This document shows positions 56,753 through 64,000 of a stretch of 64,000 nt of DNA, piece by piece. Positions within the stretch are counted from its first letter, which is position 1, and every line of letters starts with the position of its first letter. The stretch lies in NCBI GenBank assembly GCA_964574145.1, contig CAZNKJ010000003.1:4787-68786 (forward strand), in the 5' to 3' direction. This stretch comes from an uncultured Candidatus Saccharibacteria bacterium. GTDB taxonomy: Bacteria; Patescibacteriota; Minisyncoccia; Phycocordibacterales; CAZNKJ01. Below the pieces are notes generated by a model. It ran no database searches. It was not told the origin of the DNA and worked only from the letters and a program-made list of their open reading frames with translations. Made by a program: the position numbers and the translations under genes.

Positions 56753-57211
56753 TTAGGATTCTGGAAATACGAACACGTTTAATCGGTGGGTGTGGACACC
56801 ACTCCCAATTCCAAGGAAGGTTAGCTCGACGATTGCATCCACATGTTTTGTGCGATATGCATCTATCGATTCCTGAATCGTGCCCATAGACATATTGTGG
56901 TCCTGAGTGAACCGTTCTTCTCCTTCGTTATGAAATACAATTCGGAAGGTCTGGATGATCGTAGCCTTGATAGGGGAAGTAAGAAGCTTTCTTCCGAGAT
57001 ACTGCGTATCTTGACCCGTCTGTCTTTGGAGGTTGCACTCAGTGTAAGGCATCACTCCAAGGTGACTGACATCTTTCCCAAAAACAAGCTCAATTGCTCG
57101 ATCGGGGCTTATCTTGCCTTGGCCGATATATTGCCAGTCCAGCAAGCTTCTTGCGACCCTTGGAAACCAAGGGTGTTGAGAAACAAATCTTCTATACTTT
57201 GGAAGTCTCAT
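56753..57211 (-). CDS. Hypothetical protein
   Basis: 152-aa ORF with no recognisable motif. Confidence 0.4.
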   Translation of the reverse strand: MRLPKYRRFVSQHPWFPRVARSLLDWQYIGQGKISPDRAIELVFGKDVSHLGVMPYTECNLQRQTGQDTQYLGRKLLTSPIKATIIQTFRIVFHNEGEERFTQDHNMSMGTIQESIDAYRTKHVDAIVELTFLGIGSGVHTHRLNVFVFPES

Positions 57212-57498
57212 TCCAAACTCCTTTGCCTCTTAGGCAATCAAGTTTCAATTTGGATACAAGGACGTACCTTTATCCTTAGTGACTATACCACTTTAGTCAG
57301 AATTTGTTTGCTCCGTCTATATGATGAAATCCGAACTTATTTCGAGCAGAGCTCGACCACTACCGCGCCGAGCGCGCGGTAACTCCAAACTCTGTCTTAC
57401 GCTCCGATGATGTGGTAATTCCTCGCGCCTCATCGCCTCGCTTCGCTCGGCTCCCAAAAACAGAAATGGGTCTTTGCGTTTTTTTACGACTCGCTACG

Positions 57499-57540
57499 CT
57501 CCCTGCACTGCTGTTTGCTTCGCAAACAGGGAGTTTTTTT
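57499..57540 (+). terminator. Strong intrinsic terminator inside the GC-rich region
   Basis: CTCCCTG-CACTG-CTGTTTG-CTTCG-CAAACAG-GGAG followed by T7. Confidence 0.6.
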
Positions 57541-58135
57541 CTCTGCCCCCAATATTTTTTACAAGAAGGAAAAGAACATTTCTGTTTTTGCGCCCTGCTC
57601 ACAAGTTCGCAGAGATAAGTCGCTCCCGACGACGACGTTTGTGGTGTCCTCAGATCATTTCCTTTATTGATAGCGCTTTCGGGAGGCGCCCTCGGCATTC
57701 GCCTCGGGCTATTTCCGCTAGGGCTACGAGCGCCTAGATGCCTAGGAGTGTCGCTATTCCTCGCAAATGCGCCTTGCTAGGCGCTTGCTCGGGCGACACA
57801 CAGTTTGGGGGAAGGAAGGAATCCTTCCCCCAGCGTCGGGCTCCTCCTCGCAGAGGTCGTTCAGTGTGTACGGTGCCGTACAGATAACAAAGTACGTCGA
57901 GAGTTTATCTTTCGCTTTAACGTGCCTTCGGAGTCCGCCCTCGCACAACCCCCATCCTCGTTTTCATATCGAACTTTCATCGTGTCGCTTCCGCTACTAA
58001 CCCACACATTGCAAAAGAGGGACGGCGCTCGTCCTTTAGCCCTGGACGCTCCTAGCGGAAATAGGCCGAAGCGCTAACCTTATGTGCTTGCCCCATGCCG
58101 CATTGGTACGCGGCTCCCGCCCGTGCGCGCACAAA

Positions 58136-58159
58136 CCCCGCCCGCGCCAGCGGGCGGGG
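58136..58159 (-). terminator. GC-rich 10-bp-stem hairpin 30 nt downstream of the FkbM gene stop
   Basis: CCCCGCCCGC-GCCA-GCGGGCGGGG. Confidence 0.45.
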
Positions 58160-58190
58160 TTCTACCTTATATCACAAACTTCATGTATTG

Positions 58191-58931
58191 TTATCGATAA
58201 CAAAAAATACTGATGAGCATATCGTAATCAAACCTACTTTCAATTTTAATGAATGGCTGGTTGCTCTTGATTCCCGAGCACTCAATATAGTATTTAAACC
58301 CGGCATCGCTAATTAACTGTAATAATTCATTAAAAGACTGTCGACTATCCTTTATTGAATGAAATTCTATAAACATCCGCTCCACATTCCCCAACTTGTC
58401 TTTACATTCTTCGAGAACCTCCATTTCTGATCCTTCAATGTCAATTTTCAAAAAATCAACCTTTTTGTCCAAAAATGTACTCAAAACCACCGTGTCAACC
58501 AGAAAGGTGGTGTCGTCATTATTTATTGCCTTTCTGCTACCATCGGCATGGTCGCCATGAAAAGCTATTCTTTGAATTTTATCTGAAAGTGCTTTCTCAA
58601 TTAACTTTACTTCGTCAAAATCTTGCGTATTCTGCTTAAATAACTCTACAGCGGTTGCATCTGGCTCAAATGCAAGAATTGTTGCATTTGGGTACTTTTG
58701 CTTGAAATAAATAGTTGCAAGGCCTATATTTGCACCGCAATCAATAATAAAAGGGTCGTCTTTTTCTGTTGCGAAGCGAAATGCTTCTCTAAAAAATATC
58801 TCCTCGCACATGTGCAAAAACGCCCACTTATCTAAAGCACGACAGCGGAAACCAAGGTATGTCGTGGTAAATGGAGTGTATCTTTTTAAGTTTACTATCT
58901 TAAATCGTTTAAAAAGAGATATCAGTGACAT
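58191..58931 (-). CDS. FkbM-family SAM-dependent methyltransferase
   Basis: FIIDCGANIGLATIYF glycine-rich SAM motif, and the Methyltransf_21 pattern. Confidence 0.7.
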   Translation of the reverse strand: MSLISLFKRFKIVNLKRYTPFTTTYLGFRCRALDKWAFLHMCEEIFFREAFRFATEKDDPFIIDCGANIGLATIYFKQKYPNATILAFEPDATAVELFKQNTQDFDEVKLIEKALSDKIQRIAFHGDHADGSRKAINNDDTTFLVDTVVLSTFLDKKVDFLKIDIEGSEMEVLEECKDKLGNVERMFIEFHSIKDSRQSFNELLQLISDAGFKYYIECSGIKSNQPFIKIESRFDYDMLISIFCYR

Positions 58932-58936
58932 ATGGC

Positions 58937-60274
58937 TTAGATGTGACGCTTAATTAGTGACACCAATTGTTCGCAGGATACCGATATCTGCTCTTGTGAC
59001 TTAAGGATTTTAATTTTTGCAGTTAGTGCCTTCTGTTCATTTTCTCCAAGAATTACGATGGCAGGTATCCTCTTCTTTAGAGCGTAAGCGATCTTCCCAC
59101 CCATCTGTGTTTCTTTGCCGATGTACATCTCGCTCGCTATGTTAGCTTGTCGCAAAGTGGCCAGAATCTCCAAGGCATATTTTTCTGAAGAGCCATCGAT
59201 TGTAACTATCAATGCCTTTGTGGGGGTGGACACATCTCTTTTGATCATGCCCAGGCTGTCCATCGCGGCAAAAAGGCGGTCTACTCCAATTGAAGCACCA
59301 ACTGCTGATACTTGTTGAATACCAAAACTAGAAACGAGTTCATTGTATCTGCCACCGGAAAATACACTCCCTATATCGGGCAAATCGTCCAAAACCGTTT
59401 CAAACACAATGCCCGTATAATAGCCGAGACCGCGAGCAATTGAAGTGTCAATTCGCCAGTTGCTGTCAGGTATTCCGTAACTCTTTAGATATGAAGTAAG
59501 TTGTTTTAATTCGTGTACGCCATCGTTTGAAGCTGATTTTTCGCTCATGAGTTTCTCCAAATCCTCTAGGATTTGTTCGGTGGATATATTTTTTGTACTT
59601 AGTTCGACAAAATCTTTTATGAAATTAACCTGATCGTCATTAATTTTTAATTTATCTACTAGCTCCTTAGACACGCCAGACCAACTAATTTTATCCAATT
59701 TATCTAATATTCGTGAAATATCAGCTAACAGCGACTCTTTGAATCCTGCTATAGCAGGTAGGGCGTTTAGAATCTTTCTATTGTTAACCCTAACTGTGAA
59801 TTTATTGAAACCAAGTTCTTTAAGAGTTGTATAAATCAAAGAAATTACTTCCGCATCCGCCAACAGTGAATCAGTACCGACGATATCGGCATCAAATTGA
59901 AGAAACTCGCGGTATCTACCTGCTTGCGGTCTTTCTCCACGCCACACTTTACCGGATTGATAGCGTCTAAATGGTTTTATGAACTTACTACCGTTGGCTG
60001 CTACAACACGAGCCAGAGGTACCGTTAAATCAAATCTCAGAGCGAATTTTTCTTCTCCTCGCTGGTGACCCACCTTAAATATTTGCTTCTTAAAATTTTC
60101 ATCTCCTCCGGTCAAAATCTCTTCTCGCTCAATTCCCGGGGTATCCAGTGGTGCAAATCCATAGCGCTCAAATACCACGCGAATAGTATCGAGCATTTTC
60201 TGACGCGGAATCATATCCTCGGGAAGATAGTCTCTGAATCCGCTTCCTAACTCTGGTTTGATAGTCTTTTTCAT
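58937..60274 (-). CDS. hisS: Histidyl-tRNA synthetase paralog (copy 2, full length with anticodon-binding domain)
   Basis: GFRDYLPEDM, class II motifs 2 and 3 (GGRYNELV...GIQQVSAVGASIGVDRL) and a C-terminal anticodon-binding domain. Clearly diverged from copy 1. Confidence 0.8.
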   Translation of the reverse strand: MKKTIKPELGSGFRDYLPEDMIPRQKMLDTIRVVFERYGFAPLDTPGIEREEILTGGDENFKKQIFKVGHQRGEEKFALRFDLTVPLARVVAANGSKFIKPFRRYQSGKVWRGERPQAGRYREFLQFDADIVGTDSLLADAEVISLIYTTLKELGFNKFTVRVNNRKILNALPAIAGFKESLLADISRILDKLDKISWSGVSKELVDKLKINDDQVNFIKDFVELSTKNISTEQILEDLEKLMSEKSASNDGVHELKQLTSYLKSYGIPDSNWRIDTSIARGLGYYTGIVFETVLDDLPDIGSVFSGGRYNELVSSFGIQQVSAVGASIGVDRLFAAMDSLGMIKRDVSTPTKALIVTIDGSSEKYALEILATLRQANIASEMYIGKETQMGGKIAYALKKRIPAIVILGENEQKALTAKIKILKSQEQISVSCEQLVSLIKRHI

Positions 60275-61227
60275 AAATTCTTCAAATTAAGATCGATTTT
60301 TTCATACCCATCACTAACAGCATGTAATCCCGTTGAGGCTTTTTTATATATTTGCAAATGATGCATACCGCAAGTATTCCATCCTGTGCCCACACCTTTC
60401 AGTAGACTGACTTTCTCTCCCTCCTCATAATCGTCTTTGGTGAGATTTAGAATTTCGTATGCATTCACGGCGGCACCATAATGTTCCGAGCAATCTTGTG
60501 CTAATCGGTATATTCTGTCTTTAAACCTCATAACTGGACCAGCTGGTCGAGATGCACCGTTGTCTCTTGTAAGTAAGGGGCTTCGAGTATGCCGTGACCA
60601 TTCGCCAAGGAATCCACCATTAGCGATGAACAAGTTGAGGGTTGAAAAATCTAATTCAGATGCAGCAAACATATACCATGTCCCGTTATGTTCAAAGGGT
60701 GTAGGGTCGTAATATTTGCCCTGTAACAGCACTTTATATAAAGACCAAGAATCCAGACTGTCATCAGACGATATATAAACACGTACATCAGATGCTTCAG
60801 CGGACTCAATTGTCATAAATATCTGTCCATTATATTCAGTGATGATTGGGTACGACAAATGAAAACTTTCTTCAAGAACAAAACGAAAATTACCCCATTC
60901 ATCTTTCTCTGTGTTTCTCTCAGCCTTGCCAATTACTCCCTTACCATCAATATTTAACGACTCAAAGAATAGGTGTTCCTTACCGTTTATGTCAATATAC
61001 ACAAAGGGATCGGCTATATATATGCTCCGCAACTTCTTAAGTGCGTCATGTTTCCTCGATTGTAATATAAATTCAGGATGCTGAGCACTCACCTGAAATG
61101 AGAATGGATCGCTTCCTTTGAGACCTATCACTGTGAAAACATCATCATTTATGATACGCTTTTGCATGCAGGTCAATGTTACCTTATTTATATGACAATG
61201 GAAAGTAAAGGCGATTCTGTTTATCAA
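60271..61227 (-). CDS. Hypothetical protein, possibly a beta-propeller (GH43/GH130-like fold)
   Basis: IADPFVY and repeated aromatic/Asp blade-like segments. Weak assignment. Confidence 0.35.
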   Translation of the reverse strand: MINRIAFTFHCHINKVTLTCMQKRIINDDVFTVIGLKGSDPFSFQVSAQHPEFILQSRKHDALKKLRSIYIADPFVYIDINGKEHLFFESLNIDGKGVIGKAERNTEKDEWGNFRFVLEESFHLSYPIITEYNGQIFMTIESAEASDVRVYISSDDSLDSWSLYKVLLQGKYYDPTPFEHNGTWYMFAASELDFSTLNLFIANGGFLGEWSRHTRSPLLTRDNGASRPAGPVMRFKDRIYRLAQDCSEHYGAAVNAYEILNLTKDDYEEGEKVSLLKGVGTGWNTCGMHHLQIYKKASTGLHAVSDGYEKIDLNLKNL

Positions 61228-61785
61228 AAATTTGATATGCCTCCGCGCGAGGTTGTTGCTTTGTACGAGCTTCTAATCAACCATTCGATACCTGCATGGC
61301 TAGATGGCGGCTGGGCCGTTGACGCTCTGGCAAAACAACAAACCAGACCACATCAAGATGTTGATTTCTTGGTTCCAATTCAGTACACAAATAAATTATT
61401 AAACATCTTTCACGTTCGTGGTTTTACTGTAGATGAGAAGGAAACAGAATTGCCCTATAGACTCGTTGTATTAAATCAAAAAGAATCACTCATGATTGAT
61501 TTTCATTTAGTCATTCCACAAGATGACGGATCAATGATATTTCGGATTACTAACTACAAAGAAAATATTCCGAGTTATGATCATCGATATCTAAAAGTTG
61601 GTTTGGGTGGTATTGGTGTTGTTGACGGTGTAAATATTCCCTGCATTACACTGGATGAGCAAGTTAGATGCCGTACCACTAGAAAGTATTCATTTGAAGA
61701 CCCGGATAGACAGCGACAGGGTGGCATAAACGCAGACATTCACGATCTGGAAATAATAAAGAAGCTACAAAATGAACTACTATAG
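61192..61785 (+). CDS. Lnu/LinA-like nucleotidyltransferase (lincosamide/aminoglycoside nucleotidyltransferase fold)
   Basis: PAWLDGGWAVDALAKQQTRPHQDVDF and IPCITLDEQV match the Lnu(A)/ANT(2'') family core. Start taken at MTMESK to limit overlap with the upstream gene. Confidence 0.65.
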   Translation: MTMESKGDSVYQKFDMPPREVVALYELLINHSIPAWLDGGWAVDALAKQQTRPHQDVDFLVPIQYTNKLLNIFHVRGFTVDEKETELPYRLVVLNQKESLMIDFHLVIPQDDGSMIFRITNYKENIPSYDHRYLKVGLGGIGVVDGVNIPCITLDEQVRCRTTRKYSFEDPDRQRQGGINADIHDLEIIKKLQNELL

Positions 61786-62971
61786 TGCTTCGAAGAATAA
61801 TGTGACGATAATTGGTGGGTGTGGCCATGTTGGTCTTCCGCTCGGACTAGTTTTATCTGACAAGGGGTATTTTGTGTCTCTCTATGACATTGATGTGGAG
61901 GCAATCAATTCAATAAATTGTTCGATAATGCCTTTTAAAGAAGATGGAGCTCCAGAATTATTGAAAAAAGTAAGAGATACAGGGAAATTGATTGCCACAG
62001 ACAATAAAAATAGCGTCAAAGACGCTGATGTGGTCGTTATTACCCTAGATACTCCACTGGATGAACATTTAAATCCTGATGTCTCTAAATTCATTAACGT
62101 TACAAAAGAGTTAGAGCCACTTTTTAACTCCGATCAATTAATAATTCTTAGAAGTACTTTATATCCGGGAGCTGCCAACTGGATTCATGAATATTTTATG
62201 CGACAGGGTAAGTCGTTGAATATCGCCTTTTGTCCAGAACGAATAGCCGAAGGACATGCTATTAATGAACTGCAAACATTGCCACAGATTGTCTCAGGGT
62301 GCACTAAAGAATCAGTTGCGCTTGCTACTGATTTTTTCAAAATTATTACAGCAAAAATTATGGTGACCAGCCTCGCTGAGGCAGAGCTAGCGAAGTTGAT
62401 GACTAATACCTGGAGATACGTTAGTTTTGCTGTCGCAAACCAGTTTTATATGATAGCGAGTGAAAACGACGTTGACTTTCAAAATGTGTATTCTGCCATG
62501 ACTACCGACTATCCAAGGATGAATTCTTTTCCAGCCGCTGGTTTTAGTGCTGGACCATGTTTAGTTAAAGACACGATGCAGTTATTGAACTTCGCAAACA
62601 ATCGATTTCCTTTGGGGGAGGCAGCTAGACAAGTGAACGAAGGGATGCCGCGTTTTGTGGTGAACAAAATTAAAAAAGAACACGACATCAAAAATATGAC
62701 TGTGGGCATATTAGGTATGGCCTTTAAAGCAGACAGTGATGACCCTCGCCAAAGCCTTGCGTATAGGCTAAGGAAAATACTTGAAATTGAGGCAAAAGAT
62801 GTTATCTGTAGTGACCCACACATTACCGATCTTCGTTTCTGTAGTATTCACGATGTTATTAATCAGTCAGATGTAGTTATCATCGGTGCTCCTCATAGGG
62901 AGTACAGAAATTTAAAATTTAGTGACAAAACACATGTTGTTGATATCTGGAATTTATATGGAAAACAATAA
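61772..62971 (+). CDS. UDP-glucose/GDP-mannose dehydrogenase family nucleotide-sugar dehydrogenase
   Basis: N-terminal Rossmann IIGGCGHVGLPLG, a catalytic Cys region, and ILGMAFKADSDDPRQS. Confidence 0.85.
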   Translation: MNYYSASKNNVTIIGGCGHVGLPLGLVLSDKGYFVSLYDIDVEAINSINCSIMPFKEDGAPELLKKVRDTGKLIATDNKNSVKDADVVVITLDTPLDEHLNPDVSKFINVTKELEPLFNSDQLIILRSTLYPGAANWIHEYFMRQGKSLNIAFCPERIAEGHAINELQTLPQIVSGCTKESVALATDFFKIITAKIMVTSLAEAELAKLMTNTWRYVSFAVANQFYMIASENDVDFQNVYSAMTTDYPRMNSFPAAGFSAGPCLVKDTMQLLNFANNRFPLGEAARQVNEGMPRFVVNKIKKEHDIKNMTVGILGMAFKADSDDPRQSLAYRLRKILEIEAKDVICSDPHITDLRFCSIHDVINQSDVVIIGAPHREYRNLKFSDKTHVVDIWNLYGKQ

Positions 62972-63995
62972 AAAGCTGAAAATATTAGTTACTGGTTCCG
63001 CTGGATTCATAGGCGGTTATCTCGTGGAGGAATTACTTAACGCTGGGCATACAGTAATTGGCATAGATAACTACAGCAAATACGGCAACATCAGTAAGAG
63101 TTATGATTCTCACCCTAACTATCACTTTACTGAGGGTGACGTCAAAGACGTTGAACTGTTAAAAAAACTTATAGCGGGGTGTGACCAAATTATTGCACTA
63201 GCAGCAAAAATTGGAGGTATCTCATATTTCCATACATGGGCATATGATCTACTTTCGGAAAATGAACGTATTACTGCTGCGACCTTTGATGCCGCTATTC
63301 ACGAATATATAAACGGGGAGCTTCAAAAAATCAATGTTATCTCTTCTTCTATGGTCTATGAAAGCACAACGACCTTCCCCACACCCGAGGGAGAACAGCG
63401 TCGTTGTCCGCCACCTTCATCCACGTACGGTTTTCAGAAACTTGCATGTGAATACTTCGCCCAAGGTGCGTTTGAACAATATGGTTTGCCATATACAATA
63501 GTTCGTCCCTTCAATTGTGTTGGAACTGGGGAAATGCGCGCAAAAGACGATAAGGATATCATGTCCGGGAATATTAAGTTGGCAATGAGTCATGTCGTAC
63601 CTGATTTAGTTCAAAAAATTATTAAGGGGCAGGATCCTTTGCATATATTGGGTGATGGGTCACAAGTTCGTCATTACACATTCGGGGGTGATTTAGCCAG
63701 GGGCATAAAAGTGTGTGTCGAAAACAGTGCTGCTTTGAATGAAGATTTCAATCTATCAACCCAGAAATCTACCACTGTACTAGAACTTGCGAACCTAATC
63801 TGGAACAAAATAAACCCAGATAAGACTTTTTGCTCTGTTTCAGAAGAACCCTTTCTCTATGATGTACAAAAGCGAATACCAGATACCAGAAAAGCAGAAA
63901 AATTGCTTAGTTATAAAGCTGACACGGATATCGAACAGGTCTTGGATGTAGTGATACCATGGATAAAAAACCAAATAAGATTAAACAATATTTAA
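62958..63995 (+). CDS. NAD-dependent epimerase/dehydratase (extended SDR)
   Basis: KILVTGSAGFIGGYLVEEL Rossmann motif and a YxxxK region. Start taken at MENNKK (14-nt overlap with the previous gene). Confidence 0.8.
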   Translation: MENNKKLKILVTGSAGFIGGYLVEELLNAGHTVIGIDNYSKYGNISKSYDSHPNYHFTEGDVKDVELLKKLIAGCDQIIALAAKIGGISYFHTWAYDLLSENERITAATFDAAIHEYINGELQKINVISSSMVYESTTTFPTPEGEQRRCPPPSSTYGFQKLACEYFAQGAFEQYGLPYTIVRPFNCVGTGEMRAKDDKDIMSGNIKLAMSHVVPDLVQKIIKGQDPLHILGDGSQVRHYTFGGDLARGIKVCVENSAALNEDFNLSTQKSTTVLELANLIWNKINPDKTFCSVSEEPFLYDVQKRIPDTRKAEKLLSYKADTDIEQVLDVVIPWIKNQIRLNNI

Positions 63996-64000
63996 TTGTT

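Larger units (their letters stand above)
57212..58190. other. ~1-kb GC-rich, hairpin-dense region with no supportable ORF
   Basis: Numerous perfect stems (TACCGCGC/GCGCGGTA, GGGGGAAGG/CCTTCCCCC, GTGTCGC...GCGACAC, CCCCGCCCGC/GCGGGCGGGG). All six frames are broken into short overlapping ORFs. Confidence 0.5.

Noticed and set aside
57474-58316. Plus-strand ORFs (87, 77, 90 and 73 aa) in the GC-rich region.
   Set aside because: Arg/Pro/Ala-rich translations typical of GC-rich non-coding DNA read in frame. Mutually overlapping, no starts with an RBS.

Overview
This is a low-GC (roughly 35-40% by eye), gene-dense bacterial chromosome segment with the look of a reduced-genome Patescibacteria/CPR-type organism. 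The signs are lysine-rich extensions on RpoD, ribosomal proteins bL32 and bS16 and a SET-domain protein, an N-terminally short ThrRS, a short SMC, and weak or absent ribosome-binding sites on several genes. No tool, alignment or database search was run; all family assignments come from motifs read in the ORF translations, so gene names are 'motif-consistent with', not verified.

Positions 1-45,000 are mostly core information-processing genes:
- thrS, dnaE, rnhB, rpmF, a nusB-Nudix fusion, rnc, smc and rnr;
- the rpsP-KH-HD-trmD operon, then rpoB-rpoC, dnaG, rpoD;
- uppP, hisS, truB and typA.

These are interrupted by a few accessory inserts:
- a hicB/hicA plus S51-peptidase cassette inserted into the 3' end of trmD, flanked by a 38-bp direct repeat;
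- a 768-aa surface protein with four LamG domains, a 13-G homopolymer in its 5' coding region and long internal DNA repeats;
- an array of palindromic repeats followed by a single-chain UvrD-helicase/PD-(D/E)xK-nuclease;
- an FMN-binding protein/ApbE/membrane FNR-like module, which looks like an extracytosolic flavinylation system.

Positions 45,000-64,000 are accessory and mosaic:
- a GC-richer (~47-50%) island carrying a large single-chain PurL and a PurM-superfamily protein, which begins exactly at a 25-nt tRNA 3'-end fragment;
- a run of co-directional small minus-strand genes punctuated by a family of ~100-250-bp repeats (six copies), one of which duplicates a small Cys/Trp-motif gene;
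- a ~1-kb GC-rich, hairpin-dense region that looks non-coding;
- a terminal cluster of an FkbM methyltransferase, a second full-length HisRS, a beta-propeller protein, an Lnu-like nucleotidyltransferase, a UDP-sugar dehydrogenase and an NAD-dependent epimerase/dehydratase.

I found no rRNA, no intact tRNA and no CRISPR array. Many long antisense ORFs in the track (inside rpoB, rpoC and purL) are frame artefacts.
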